Assembly (NCBI RefSeq): GCF_009914755.1
Contig: NC_060930.1
Length of the DNA stretch: 64,000 nt
Reading direction: 5' to 3' (one strand)
From: the human T2T-CHM13v2.0 reference genome, Homo sapiens
Positions within the stretch are counted from its first letter, which is position 1; each line of letters starts with the position of its first letter. The notes below the pieces were generated by a model that worked only from the letters and a program-made list of their open reading frames with translations, did no database searches and had not been told where the DNA came from. Below are positions 28,201 to 45,174 of the stretch, piece after piece. A program made the position numbers and the translations under genes.

Positions 28201-29930
28201 TCAATAACTGAAAAATGTTATAAAGAAGCTATATTGAAACAGGGCTTTAGTATTTTATTGAAACTAAGCTGATATGAGTTCAAATTAAATTGTTATAACT
28301 TAAATATCCCATGGTAACTACAAAGAAAGTAGCTATAGAATATAAATAAAGGAAATGAAAAGGGAATTAAAAAGTTTTAGTACAAAAAGTCAGCTAAATG
28401 CAAAAGAAAGTAATATGCAGAAGAAAGCTGGGTAGGGGGAATCCCAATGGGACATATAGAAAACAAATAACATAATGATAGAAGTAAGGCACTTCTCATT
28501 AGTAATTATTTTACATGTAAATGAATTCAATTCTCCAATCAAGAGATATTGGAAGAATACATTTTTTAAAAAATGTTTCAATTATATGTTCTCTACTCAT
28601 TTTAGATCCAAAGACACAAACGTGTTGAAAGTGAAAGATATAAAAAGACATTCATGCAAATAGTAACCAAAAGAGAACTGGTATGACAGTATTAATATCA
28701 AACAAAATAGACTTTAAATAAAAAATGTTTACAATTAAAAACGGGCATTACAACAAAAGGCTCAATGCAGCAAGAAATGTTTATAACAATTATAAACATT
28801 TGTGCACATAATAATAGACAATCAAAATATTTGAAGCATTGACAGTCAAAAATTTTCTGAAGCAAAAAATGATATAATTGAAGGGAGAGATAGGCAGTTC
28901 TACCATAACAGTATTAGAATTCAGTAACTTATTCTCATTAATGTATAGGACAACCACACAGAGGTAAATTAAAACCAAAAGGGTAGGGAGAGGCTTGAAT
29001 AGCACAATAAAATTAACTATGTGTGACAGATATACACAGAATACTGTACTCAACAACAACAGAACACATATTCTTCTCAAGTGTACATGACATATTTTTC
29101 AGAATAGACATGTTAGGTCACAAATTAAGTCTCAATGGGAATAAAAAGATATATACTAAGAAAAGTATGTTTTCCAACCACAATTAAATGAAATTAGAAA
29201 TCAATAACTAAGAAAAACTGAAAAAAATTATAAATGTGTGGAAATTAAACAAAGCATGCTTAAATAATAATAGGGCCAAGTAATAAATCACAATGAAATA
29301 AAAACACAATATACCAAAACTTCTGGGATGAAACAACAGTGATATCAAGGAGAAAATTTATAGTAATAAGCACATTTAAAAAGAAAAATAAATCCCAAAT
29401 TAACACCTGACTTTACAACTTAGGGAAATACAAAAGGAATAATTATATTATTAATAATATTAATAATAAAAATAAACAACATAAAATCCACAGCTAGCAG
29501 AATGAAGAAAATAATGATTAGAGCTGCGATCTATAAAGAACAGAAAACAATAGAGAAAATTCAAGAAATCCAAATTTGATTCTTTAAAAATGATTAGAAA
29601 AATGGAAAATCTTTACCTAGATTGACTAAGAGAAAGAGAGAAAACTTAAATTGTCAAAATCAGGAATAAATGTTAGGACATTGCACTTATTCTACAGAGG
29701 TCAAAAGGATTATAAGACAGTATTATGAATAACTGTTTGCCAAAAAATTGCATAACCTAGATAAAATGAACAAATTCTTAGCAACATTAAACATAAAAAT
29801 ATGAATCATAAAGAAATAGAAAATCTGAATCAATCTAAAACTAGTAAGGCAACAGAATCAATGATTTAAAAATCTGACAAACAAAATCCCTGGACCTGTT
29901 GAATTCACTGATAAATTCTAGCAAACATTT

Positions 29931-30227
<297 letters not shown>

Positions 30228-31292
30228 CTAGCAAACATTTAAGGAAGCACCAACATACTAGTTTTTCTGAAAGTCTTCCCAAAAAACTGAAGAGGAGGGG
30301 GCATTTTCAGGCTCATTAGATGAGGACAGCATTATGCTGATACAAAAGCCAGATAAAGAACTACAAGAAAAAAATGCCACAGACACATATTACTGATGAA
30401 TATTGATGGAAAAATTCTAAAAAATACTAGCAAACCAAAATCAACAGCATATTTAAAGGATTATACAACATGACCAACTGGAGTTTGTTCCTGGAATGCA
30501 AGAATGATTCAATTTCCAAATTCAATCTATTTAATATACCACATTAGCAGAATGAAAAAAATAAAACATAACAATGACATGATTATCTCAACAGACACAG
30601 AAAAAAATTGACAAAATTTAACACTTTTTCATGATATGAACACTCAACAAACTAGGAATAAAATGAAACTACCTCAACATAATAGAAGCCATTATGAAAA
30701 CAAACAAACACACAGATAACATCATTCTCAATGGTATAAGTATGAAAGCTGTTCCTTTAAGATAAGAAAAAACACAAGGATGCCTGCTTTTGCCATTTCT
30801 ATTCAACACAATATTGAAAATATTAGCCAGATAAATTAGAAATGAGAAATTAAATTTATTTAAATTGCGAATGGAATAAAATTATCTATGTTCACAGATA
30901 ATATAATATTATACATAGAACCCCCTAAAAATTCCACAAAAATAATTGTTACAAATAATAAATTTAGCAAAGTATCAGGATGCAAAATCAACACAGAAAA
31001 ATCAGCTAATATGTTTCTATACACTAACAAAGAACAATCTGAAAAGAAAATCAGAAAACAGTTCCACTTACAATAACATCCAAAAGAATAGAAATACCTA
31101 AGAATTTACCAGGGAGGTGAGAGACTTATACATTGGAAACTACAAAACATTGCTGAAAGAAAATAAAGAAGACACAAATAAATGGAAAAATAAATCTCCT
31201 ATTTATGAATAGAAAGACTTAATATTGTTATTATATTAATTCCCTCAATGTTTTACAAATTTAATGGAAGTCCTATCAAATCCCAATGATGT

Positions 31293-32024
31293 TGCTATGA
31301 TTTAAATATGGTTTGTCTTCTCTGAAACTTATGTTGAAATTCAATTTTCTTTTTCTTTTCTTTTTTTTTTAAATTTTAGACAGGGTGCAGCTCTGATGCC
31401 CAAACTGGAGTACAGTGCCCCAATTATGGCTCACAGCAACCTCTGCCTCCCAGGCTCAAGTGATCCTCATGCCTCAGCTCCTCCCAGTAGCAGGGACGAC
31501 AGGCATGCACCACCTCCCTGGTTTATTTTTGTATTTATTGGTAGAGACAGGGTTTTGCTATGTTGTCCAGGCTAATCTCAAACTCCTGAGCTCAAGTGTG
31601 ATCTGCCATCTTGTCTTCCCAAATTGCTGGGATTACAAGCATAAACCACCGTGCCAGGCCTGGTCTCAATTTTCAATAAGGTATTGGGAGGTGGGGCCTA
31701 GTGGGAGACATTTTTGTCATGACAGCAGATTTCTAATGAATGGATTAATGCCCTCTTGTGGAAGTGAGTTCTTCTTCTCAAGGTACTTGACGAGTTACCC
31801 TGGGAGCTAATTGCTATAAAGCAAAGTTCCCCGTAGTGATTTTTCTTTTTGTAAAAGTCTTCCCCTTCTGCTTTCCACTATAAATTTAAGCAGCACCAGG
31901 CCCTTACCAGATAAGCTGCCCAGTCTTTGTCAGTCTTCAGAACGTGAGCTAAGTAAATCTCTTTTCTTTATAAATTACCTAGTCTCAAATATTCTGTTTC
32001 AGCAACACAAAATGGACCAAGACA
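31293..32024 (+). mobile_element. MSTB2/MSTC-type solo LTR interrupted by AluJ
   Basis: tgctatgatttaaatatggtttgtc...agcaacacaaaatggaccaagaca. Confidence 0.8.
31350..31665 (-). mobile_element. AluJ
   Basis: caggctcaagtgatcctc and ctcctgagctcaagtg; TSD tcaattttc. Confidence 0.9.
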
Positions 32025-33257
32025 GTGTTTTTGTTTTTGTTTTTGTTTTCAGAAATAAACAAATCAATCTTAAAGTTCATGTGGAATCTCAGGAAAACCA
32101 AAATAGTCAAAACAATCTTGGAAAAGAAGCATAAAGTTGGAGTCTCAGACTTCTTGTTTCAAAAGTTACTACAAAGCCACAGTAAACAAAATAATGTGGT
32201 ACTGGCATAAAGACAGACATATAGACCAATGGAATAGAACGGAAAATCCAGAAATAAACCCTTGTATGTGTGATCAAATTATTTTTGATAAAGGTACCAA
32301 GTCCACACAATGGAGAGCAGACAATCTTTTCAACAAATGGTTTTGGGATATCTGGACATCAACATGCAAAAGAATAAAGTTGGTCCCTTACCTAACACCA
32401 CATACAAAAATTAACTCAAAATTGAACGAAAACCTAAATGTAAGGGCCAAATTTGTAACAACTCATAGAAGAAAGGCTTAAGGCAAAATAATTAAAAAGT
32501 TTCATGACACTGGATCTGGCAATGTTTCGATATATAACACCTAAAACACAGGTTGCAACAAATGGAAAAATAGACAAATTGGACACCAAAATTTAGAGAT
32601 TTTGTATGCCAAAAGACATTATCAACAGAGTAAAAAGACAACCCATAGAATGGGAGAAAATATTTACAAATCACATATCTGATAAGGAATTAATATCCAC
32701 AGTACAAAAAGAATTCATGAAACTCAACAACAAAAAGCTAATAATCCTATTAAAAATGGGCATATAACTTAAATAGGAGTTTCTCTAATGAAGCTATGCA
32801 AATGGCCATTAAGCACAGATGCAAAGCAAATTCATGAACACATCAGATACATAAAAAAGATACTCAACATCAATAATCATTAGGGAAATGCAATCAAAAC
32901 CATAATGAGATACCAATTTATATACATTAGAATGACTATTAGTTTAAAAAGCAAACAAAATATAGGCAGTTTTGGTGAGGATTAGGAGAATTTGACAACC
33001 TTGGACACTATTGTAGACATGTCAAATTGTGCATCTGCTATAGAAAACAGTATGGCAGTTCCTCAAAAATTAAAAACAGAATGACCGTATGATCCAGCAA
33101 TTCCGATACCCAAAAGAATTGTAAGCAGCAATCTTAAGAGATATTTGTACACCCATGTTCATAGAAACACTATGTACAATAGCCAAAATTGGAAGAAACT
33201 CAAGTATTATTGATGGATAAATAGATAAACAAAATGTGGTATATATATATATACACA

Positions 33258-33428
33258 CTAGGGTCTTATTGAAGACAGTATGTAGCAGAGTCACAGCTGA
33301 CTTAGAATGTACACTTAATGTTAACAAGAATTAAGGTTTTGAAGATATGAAAGAACAACAAAAAAGTAGAATAGAATAGAAAATAATGGAAAACATCAGG
33401 TGATGTCAATATTTGGGGCAAATATTAT
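33258..33428 (+). repeat. 171-bp near-identical copy of 35036-35206
   Basis: Direct comparison: 2 mismatches (33263, 33322), offset 1778 bp. Confidence 0.97.
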
Positions 33429-34211
33429 ATTTGTCAATATTTGGGGCAAATATATATATATATCACATTTATATATATATAATGAATATTATGCAACCTT
33501 CTAAAGGAAGGCAGTTCTGAAATATGCTACAACATGGATGAACCTTGAAGACATTATGCTATGTGAAATTAGCTAGTCACAAAATAACAAATATTGTATA
33601 ATTCCTCTTAAATGAGGTATCTAGAATAATCCAGTTTATAGAGATAGAAAGTAGAATGGTATTTCAGCAGAAAGGGGCTGGAGGTAAGGGAGAATAAGGA
33701 GTTATTTAACAGATAGAGAATTTCAGTTTTGTAAGGTGAAAAGAGTTCTGGAGATAGATGGTTATGGTTGCACAATAATGTGAGTATACTTAATGCCACT
33801 GACTGTACACTTCAAAATGATTAAAACAGTAAATTTTATATTATGTGGTGCATTATCACAATATTTTTAAAAAGAACATAATCTCTAGAGCCTGAGTGTG
33901 TGGGTGTGACCCTGGCTCTGCTATTCAGTGGCCGAGTGAGCATAAGCACATTAATCTTTCCCTTTCTGTTCTTCTATTTGTCAAATGGAGACAACAGTCT
34001 TTGCCTCATAAGTTGTTGTGTAGATTAATTACAATAAAATATGGAAAGCAGTTAGAACAGGGCTTCACCCATTGTAAGTGTTCATAGAGGGCTACGAATT
34101 ATTATTATTCAAAGGTGTCTTCTAATAAAAATGCAGGAAAACAGAAAATTGCTAACAATTTATTTTAGCAGGGATTTTTTAATTCTACTTTTCCATCATG
34201 AATATTTACAG

Positions 34212-34443
34212 ACAGGTATCTTGCATAAAAATTGGCTTTAATTTAGACAAGTCTTTTTCTGAGATAAGATTTAACTACCATTTGTCTGTAGAATTTATTT
34301 CAGTGTTAGTTCCAGCACTTCTAGTATCTCATGGCTCTGTAATATTAGTTTCTCAATTCAATATTATTTTTCTGAGAATCAGTCATTATGAAAAACAAAG
34401 ATGTTTCTCTATATTCTGAATCTCTTTGAACTTCCATAGAATG
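34212..34443 (+). pseudogene. Candidate decayed exon of uncertain placement (kinase VII-IX-like)
   Basis: ORF 34198-34419: CIKIGFNLDKSF...LVPALL...NIIFLRISHYE; donor ATG|gtattt. Confidence 0.35.
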
Positions 34444-34839
34444 GTATTTTCCAAATTGTAGACCTGAGTCCTTTACAAGTGATTGTGACAATAAATGTTT
34501 TTAAATAACAGGATAAGAAAATCATGTTTATGTTTTTAGTACCACAATTAGTTTTTAAGAGATCTTTGTAAAAAAAAACTTAGTCTATTGGGATCTGATT
34601 AAAAACATATGCAGGATACGTTATGAAAATGGGCTATATATATCTTAGAACTGCTCTGAATATAGGCTATGTCATTTAATAGTTCTATGGTCAATGAGCC
34701 TCATTTTTTATCATTTAAATAGGGAGAATCAAACTTAATATCAGCATGGCTTTAATACTTATATTAAATTATGTATGTATGTTAAAGCACTGAGTTAGGC
34801 TGCACCATTTTTCACAAATATTTGTGATTCATCACTGAA

Positions 34840-35115
34840 GATGAATTATGTTTCCCCAACTCAATAACATCACACTTAGACATGTGGTTTGCTTTGGCGA
34901 ATGGTATGTAGGTAGAATGATGTGTTTCATTTCTGAACAAAAGACTTAAGTTATTGGCATATAGTCTTTCCATGACCTCTCATTTTTTTGTGCCACAAGA
35001 AAGAATGATGTTTAACATAGAACCTATTCCATCAGCTAGGTTCTTATTGAAGACAGTATGTAGCAGAGTCACAGCTGACTTAGAATGTACACTTAATGTG
35101 AACAAGAATTAAGGT
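34840..35115 (+). mobile_element. MLT1I/J-type LTR fragment
   Basis: catgtggtttgctttggcgaatgg...tccatcagct...aatgtgaacaagaattaa. Confidence 0.6.
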
Positions 35116-35129
35116 TTTGAAGATATGAA

Positions 35130-35305
35130 AGAACAACAAAAAAGTAGAATAGAATAGAAAATAATGGAAAACATCAGGTGATGTCAATATTTGGGGCAAA
35201 TATTATTCTGGGATGCTTTTGTTTTCATCTCAGCTGTATGTGTGTATTGTATCAGGATGTGATAAAAAATGTATTTCTTACTGTGTGTCAGTTTTTAAAA
35301 AAGTA
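35130..35305. mobile_element. hAT-Charlie (MER112-like) DNA transposon fragment
   Basis: agaatagaatagaaaat...aaatgtatttcttactgtg. Confidence 0.5.
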
Positions 35306-35504
35306 TAATGCAAGATGGAGTTTTAGAAGTAAGGAAGAATTGTTTTTATTTCTAATGTTGTTTTAGAAAGAAAACAGAAAGTGTGATTAATTCTCCCAGT
35401 ATTAGGCATTAAATAGTACATGTATTTCAGGTAAAGCTGTATATTTTAATTCATCTAATTTGGTCATTGCCTCAATAATTTTTTGCCTTTGTATATTGAA
35501 ATAG

Positions 35505-35585
35505 ATTTCATTTTTGTCTACCCCTCAAAATGTAATGTTAATACACATATGATCTCTTTGGCTTCAGTTACTACACATAGATTTG
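35505..35585 (+). pseudogene. Candidate decayed exon, subdomain VIb-VII region of domain 3
   Basis: 81 bp, phase 1 to 1, no stop, strong donor TTG|gtgagt; FIFVYPSKCNVNTHMISLASVTTHRF. Confidence 0.5.
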
Positions 35586-36671
35586 GTGAGTTATATTCTA
35601 AAGATAAGAGATACTACAGCCTACATTTTCTTCCTTCAATGAACGTGCTCCAGAAAGGCCTGGATGGCCTTTTGCTCTGGCAGTGCAGAAGGGATTGTTC
35701 TATGGAAACTAGAAGTTACTAGCTGACTTTTGAAGTCCTTTCTACCTGTCGGATCCTAGAATTCTGTAGGTTTGTAGGCTTCTGGCCTTCAGGAGTGAGC
35801 ACATTTGGACTTGTTCTCTGCTTGACCTCTAGCTTCCTGTGACTTTACATTATCCACACCGACTTTCAATTTGGTTTCACAACTTGATGGCACACTGTTT
35901 CCAGTTGCCTGGCAGAAAATGCCAATTCCTGTGCATCCATTTTCCACTTCTTAGTTATTTAGGACACGACTAAATTGTATGAAGCTCAGGGGAGACAATT
36001 TAAGGAAAGCATTCTGTATGAGGCTGACACACAGAAAAACCAGAGGGCTGAGAATCAGGAGAGAGTAGCCACTGAATCCACTCCTTATGTGCAACACACT
36101 GAGTAGGGTGCTAGAAAGCATCTCACCAAGGGGCAACATTTATCGGTGCTGAGATGCAGGTCTCCCTGTAGATAACCTAAGTGGTTTCTGTGACCTAGTT
36201 CCCTCTCTACCATGTAAATCTGGCCATCCACAGCTGGAAATATAAGCAAATCACTCCTATTTTCTTGGAGAAAAAAACTGAGGTAGACACAGGCAGGAAG
36301 TATTCTATTATTTATATAAGCATTCGAATAGCAAATCGAGTATGATCACAGCTTCTATCCTGCAGGGCAAGGTGTAATTCAAGGCAGAAAACATATACTA
36401 AAGGTCTTATGATGTGCCAGATCCTTTAATGAGCATAGTAGATATAAAGATGAAGGGATAATACATCCGTATCCATGAAAGAGTTTATATTCCAGATGGG
36501 GAATTGGGCTCAGAAATAGACAATTTCAGTAGCATATAGCAAGAACTAAGATACAGATGTACATAAAGTGCTGTTGTAGAATATATAAATAGAATTTGAA
36601 CATTTTCATGTAAAACAAGTCTGCTTAATCTCCAATTCAACTTAAAAACAATGTTCCTTTGCCTTTTGAAG

Positions 36672-36748
36672 GCAAAAGAACATGTTACTACATAAAATAC
36701 CTAAGAGCTGTAAGGAATTAGAGTTAATTAAATTCTTGGCTAATTCAG
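36672..36748 (+). pseudogene. Candidate decayed exon, subdomains VIII-IX of domain 3
   Basis: ttcctttgccttttgaag|...CAG|gtaagc; phase 1 to 0; (G)KRTCYYIKYLRAVRN*S*LNSWLIQ. Confidence 0.55.
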
Positions 36749-36872
36749 GTAAGCTAGCTCCAATATTTATGGTTCTTATGAATCTTAATCATTATTTGTA
36801 AACTATATTTTAGTTATTGACTGATATATTTCCTGATAAACACAATTGACATTATTGTTCTTTTAAACACAG

Positions 36873-37000
36873 TACTTAGTGAGCCAAATAATGACATATG
36901 TAGTTCTCTATAACTAAAAGACGTTGCAGAAATATAAACAAATTTTGTTAAAATTCAGTGCCTATCACAGACTCAGAAAAACAGAATGTCCAAAGATTAG
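36873..37000 (+). pseudogene. Candidate decayed exon, subdomains IX-X of domain 3
   Basis: ttcttttaaacacag|...TAG|gttaag; phase 0 to 2; YLVSQIMTYVVLYN*KTLQKYKQILLKFSAYHRLRKTECPKI. Confidence 0.5.
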
Positions 37001-37199
37001 GTTAAGATATATTCTGAAGCACAAATACTTCGAACTAACGAAACCGTAAGCTCCAGATGGACGAAAATTGTTGTCTATTTTCTTTGCACAAAGAACCGTG
37101 CTTGGCATACGTTGTTGCAGAGTAAATAGTTGAATGAATAAACAGCCTGTAATTACAACTCACAGAGTAGCATCATTTAAAATAGATTAACATAGACAG

Positions 37200-37279
37200 T
37201 TTTACTTCATCCCTGGATCCTAAAAGATTGTCTAGAATGATGATATTTAGTGCGTATGAATTTCATGTCCAAAATTCAG
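37200..37279 (+). pseudogene. Candidate decayed exon, subdomain XI of domain 3
   Basis: Phase 2 to 1, no stop; FTSSLDPKRLSRMMIFSAYEFHVQNS (LDP.KR.S motif); acceptor weak. Confidence 0.5.
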
Positions 37280-37659
37280 GTGTTTATCAAGTGTAGCATT
37301 TAATACTTTTCTAACTACAGCTTATGTCACATTATTATTGTAGGTATTCTTATTCACATTCTCACTTCCATTGCTCTTCTTTCTTCCTCAACTTATTTAA
37401 TGTACTTCAGGTATAAAGTCCAAAGGGAGGAGGAGAGGGAGGACTAAGGAAATATTGTTGATATAGGTTCTTCTGGAAAAGGTTTCAAACAAAATTCAGC
37501 TGAACAGATGTTTTGAGGAAACCTCAGCAAAAAATGTAAAAATGCTGCAGAGCATTGAGTATTTAAGCTGAAATACAAGAACAAGTAAAGCTTGATTAAG
37601 AGTGACAAAATAAAATAACAGTAATTGCAAAAGCTGCCATTACTTTTGCCCCACCCTAA

Positions 37660-41063
<3,404 letters not shown>

Positions 41064-42538
41064 GGGGAGTCTTGTTCCACAATCAGAGCTTAGAAGCAAG
41101 CTGGCTCTACCCTCTCACACAGAAATCCAAAACCAAATGTACAGTGATGGAATTATCACCAGCAATATCTCAGAATTCAAATAGGAGAGTGCACCATTTC
41201 CCAGAGCTACAGAGAAATAAACAATCTTCAAATAGCTTGTCAGAAAACAAGACTTTCCTATCCACAACAACCCTTTTCTCAACAAGCCCAGCATGAAGTA
41301 CATAGAAAAATTTCTCCCAACTCATGGTTTCTGCACTGGAAAAAGCACAACTGAGGTGGAAAACTAGCTTCCCCACCATCATGGGTTCCCTGGCAGGAGC
41401 CCTGTTCCTGCCTGACTCTATGGGAAGAATTGCCAGTGCCTGAATGGAGTAATGTTCCTGATGACAGCCTAAGACAGAGGAGGCAAGTGGCACTACCAAC
41501 CCTAGTCCTAGAAACTGTGCTCTGCAACTCTTCCAAAGGAGATGCCAAATGTCATTGACTGTTCAGCAGCTACTTGCTATAGGAGGTACGTTCCACAGGT
41601 CCTTTTGGCACAAATCTATAGCTAGCCTCCCCACACTGCTAGGAATATCCACCTTGGGAACACCCCCATTCAGTATGAGCAGTACTCTAATCATTTGCTA
41701 GAGGCAAGGCTTCAGTAGCCATCTAGTGCCAAAAAGGAGGCAGTGAACCAATGGAATTTAAAAAAAAAAGAAAGAAAATCAACAGGTAAATTACAAACAA
41801 TATCTAAGCAAACATACCCAATAAAAACCAAAACAAGACAGAGAAGAATGGAATAAATAACTAATCATTCAATGCAAAGTCATACAGATACGTTCATATG
41901 AAACATATACATTCATAGTAGCGAACAGGGAACCGTGACCTCCCCAAATGGACAAAGCAAGAAACCAGTGATAGACTCGAACAAGACAAAGGTATGTAAA
42001 CTCTCTCACCAAGAATTCAAAATAGAAGTCTTAAGGAAACACAGTATCTCCAAGATAACACAGAAAACCAATTCATAAATTTATCTATGAAATTTAAAAA
42101 ATAGATTAAAATAATTTTAAATATTAAACAAAAATCCCAGAACTGAAAAATACATTTACTGAATTGAAAAATTTATTAGAGACTCTCAATAGCAGAACAA
42201 ATCAAGCAGAAAGAAGACTCAGTGAGCTTGACACAGGCTTTTTTTACAGAGGAGAAAAAAGAAAAAGGAACAAGAATCACCTAAAAGATATAGAAAATTA
42301 CCTCAAAAGACCAGATCTAAGAATTCTTAGTACTCAAGATGGACTTAGGCAAGAACAAGGGGTACAAAGCTTATTCAAAGATATAATAATAGGAACCTTC
42401 CCCCAACTTAAGAAAGATAAAAATACCAAGGTAAATGGGGGTCAGAGAATACCAAATGGATTCAAACCAAATAAGACTACACAAAGAAACACAGAAATCA
42501 AACTTCCAAAGGTCTTTGAGGATCCAAAGAGAGGATCA
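41064..42538 (+). mobile_element. L1 (L1MA/L1PB-age) 5'UTR and partial ORF1
   Basis: ORF 42164-42544 is ORF1-like (YLKRPDLRIL); ends abruptly at MST sequence. Confidence 0.8.
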
Positions 42539-44638
42539 TTATAAATTGTCCAGTCTCAAGTATTTTTTGATAGCAATGAGCGAGCAGATTAACATAGAAA
42601 ACTGTTACCAGGGATGGGTATTGCTATTAAGATACCTGAAAATGTGGAAGCAGCTTTGGAATTGGGTAACAGGGAGGATTGGAAGAGTTTGAAGAGTTCA
42701 GAAGAAGAGAGGGGAAGATAAGGGAAAATTTGGAACATCTTAGAGACTAGTTAAATGATTATGACCAAAATGCTGATAGTGATGTGGACAGTGAAGTCCA
42801 GGCCGAGGAGGTCTCAGAGTGAAATGAGGCAATTATTGAGAATGGCAGCAAAGGTCACTTTTGTTATGCTTTAGGAAAGGGCTTGGCTGTATTGTGCCAC
42901 TACCCTAGGGACCTGTGGAACCTTGAACTTGAGAGTGATGATTAAGAGAATCTGGCAGAAGAAATTTCTAAGCAGCGAAGTGCTCAATATTGACCTGGAT
43001 GCTTCTAACAACCTATGCTCATATGCATGAGAAGAGAAATGACCTAAAGTTGGAGCTTATAATTAAAGGGGAAGCAGAGTGTAAAAGTTTGGAAAATTTT
43101 CAGCCTGGCTATGTGGTAGAAAAGAAAGCCCATTTTCTGGGGAGAAATTCAAGCAGGCTGCAGAAATTTCCATAAGTAAGAAGGAACCAAGTACTAATAG
43201 CCAAGATAATGAAGAAAAGGCCTTGAGGGCATTTCAGAGACCTTTGAGGCAGTGCCTCCCATCACAGGCCCAGAGGCCTAGGAAAGAAGAATGGTTTCCT
43301 GGGCCAGGCCCAGAGCCCTGCTACCCTACAAAGCCCAAAGACACTGCTCATGGCATCCCAGCTGCTCTAGCATCAGCTGTAGCTAAAAAGATCACCAGGT
43401 ACACTTCAGGTTGCTGGTTCAGATGCAAGCTGTAAGCCTTGGCTGCTTCCACATGGTGTTAAGCCTGTAGGTGTACAGAGTGCAAGAGTTGAGGCTTGAG
43501 AGCCTCTGCCTAGATTTCAGAGGATATATGGGAAAGCCTGTATGTCCAGGCAGAAGCCTGCTACAAGGGCAAAGCCCTCATGGAGAACCTCTACTAGGGC
43601 AGCATGGAGGGGAAATGTGAAGTTAGAGCTGCTTTAGAGTCCCCTCTGGGGCACTGCCTAGTGGAGCTGTAAGAAGAGGACCACTTTCCTCCAGACCACA
43701 GAATGGTATATCCACTGGCAGCTTGCACACTGAGCTTGGAAAAGCTGCAGGCACTCAACACCAGCCCTTGATAGTAGCTGAGGGGACAGAATCCTGCAGA
43801 GCCCAGAGGTGGAGTTGCCCAAGTTTTTGGGAGCAAAACCTTTGCACCAGTATGGTTTAGATGTGGGACACAGAGTCAAAGGAGATTATTTTGGAGCTTT
43901 AAGATTTAATAGCTGCCCTGCTGGGTTTTGGATTTGCATGGGGCCTGTAGCTCCTTTCTTTGGGCTAATTTCTCCCTTTTGGAATGAGAATGTATACCCA
44001 GCGCTTGTACCCCCATTGTATCTTGAAAGTAACAAACATTTTTTTTGGATTTTTACAGGCTCATAGGTTGAATAAACTAGCCTTGTCTAAGATGAGACTT
44101 GAATTTGGACTTTTGAGTTAATGTTGAGATGTATTAAGATTAGAGGACTATTGAGAAGGCATGATTATATTTTGCAATGTGAGTGGAACGTAAGATTTAG
44201 GGGACCAGGGGTGGAAAAATCTGGTTTGGATTTGTGTTCCCACCAAACCTCACTTCAAATTGTAATCCCCAAAGTTGGAGGTGGGGCCTGGTGGAGGGTA
44301 ATTAGATCATGGGGGCAGATTGCTAATCAGTGGTTTAACACCAACCATCTCTTTGGTACTGTGTTATGATTGTGAGAGTGAGTTCTCATGAGATCTGGTT
44401 GTTTAAAAGTGTGCAGCACCTCCTCCCCTTACTCTTGCTCCTGCTATATGAAGTACCTGCCCCCACTTTGTTTTCCACCATGATTGTAAGTTTCTTAAGG
44501 CCTCCCTAGAAGTCAAGCAGATGCCAGCATCATGCTTTCTGTATAGCCTGTGGAACCATGAACTAATTATATTTATTTTCATTATAAATTACCCAGTCTC
44601 AAGTATTCATTTATAGCAATGAGAAAATGGACTACACA
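42539..44638 (+). mobile_element. MSTA-type MaLR with 5' LTR reduced to about 58 bp
   Basis: LTR remnant 42539-42596, internal region to about 44216, complete 3' LTR 44217-44638. Confidence 0.9.
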
Positions 44639-44911
44639 GATTGCTTTGAATATTTGGGCTCTTTTTTTTTAGTTCGATGTGAATTTTAGAATTTTTTTTC
44701 TAATTCTGTGAAGTATGATGTTGGTAGTTTGATAAGCATACTGTTAAATTTGTAGATTGCTTTGGATAGTATGACCATGTTAATGATACTGATCTCTCGT
44801 TGAGACCTTTTACTTTCTTGGTTAGCTGTATTCCTAGGTATTTGATTTTACTTGTGGCTATTGTAAAGGGGATTGTGTGCTTGATTTGACTATCAGCCTG
44901 GACATTATGAG
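44639..44911 (-). mobile_element. L1PA/PB ORF2 fragment
   Basis: [22 protein letters not shown]; internal deletion near 44793. Confidence 0.85.
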
Positions 44912-45174
44912 TGTTATATGGTTTGCTGTGTTCCCACCCAAATCTCATGTTGAACTGTAGTTCCCATAATCCCCACGTGTCACAGGAGGACCTAGTGGAA
45001 GGTAATAGAATCATGGGGGCGATTACCTCCATGCTGTTCTCATGACAGTGAGTGAGTTCTCACAAGATCTGATCACTTTATAAGGGGCTTTTCCCCTCCT
45101 TCACTCTGCACTTCTCTCTCCTGTCACCATGTAAAGAAGGATGAGTTTGCTTCTTCTTCCACCATGATTGTAAG
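44912..45174 (+). mobile_element. THE1C/D LTR, 3'-truncated
   Basis: ccacccaaatctcatgttgaactgtagttccc...ccatgattgtaag then abrupt loss of similarity. Confidence 0.88.
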
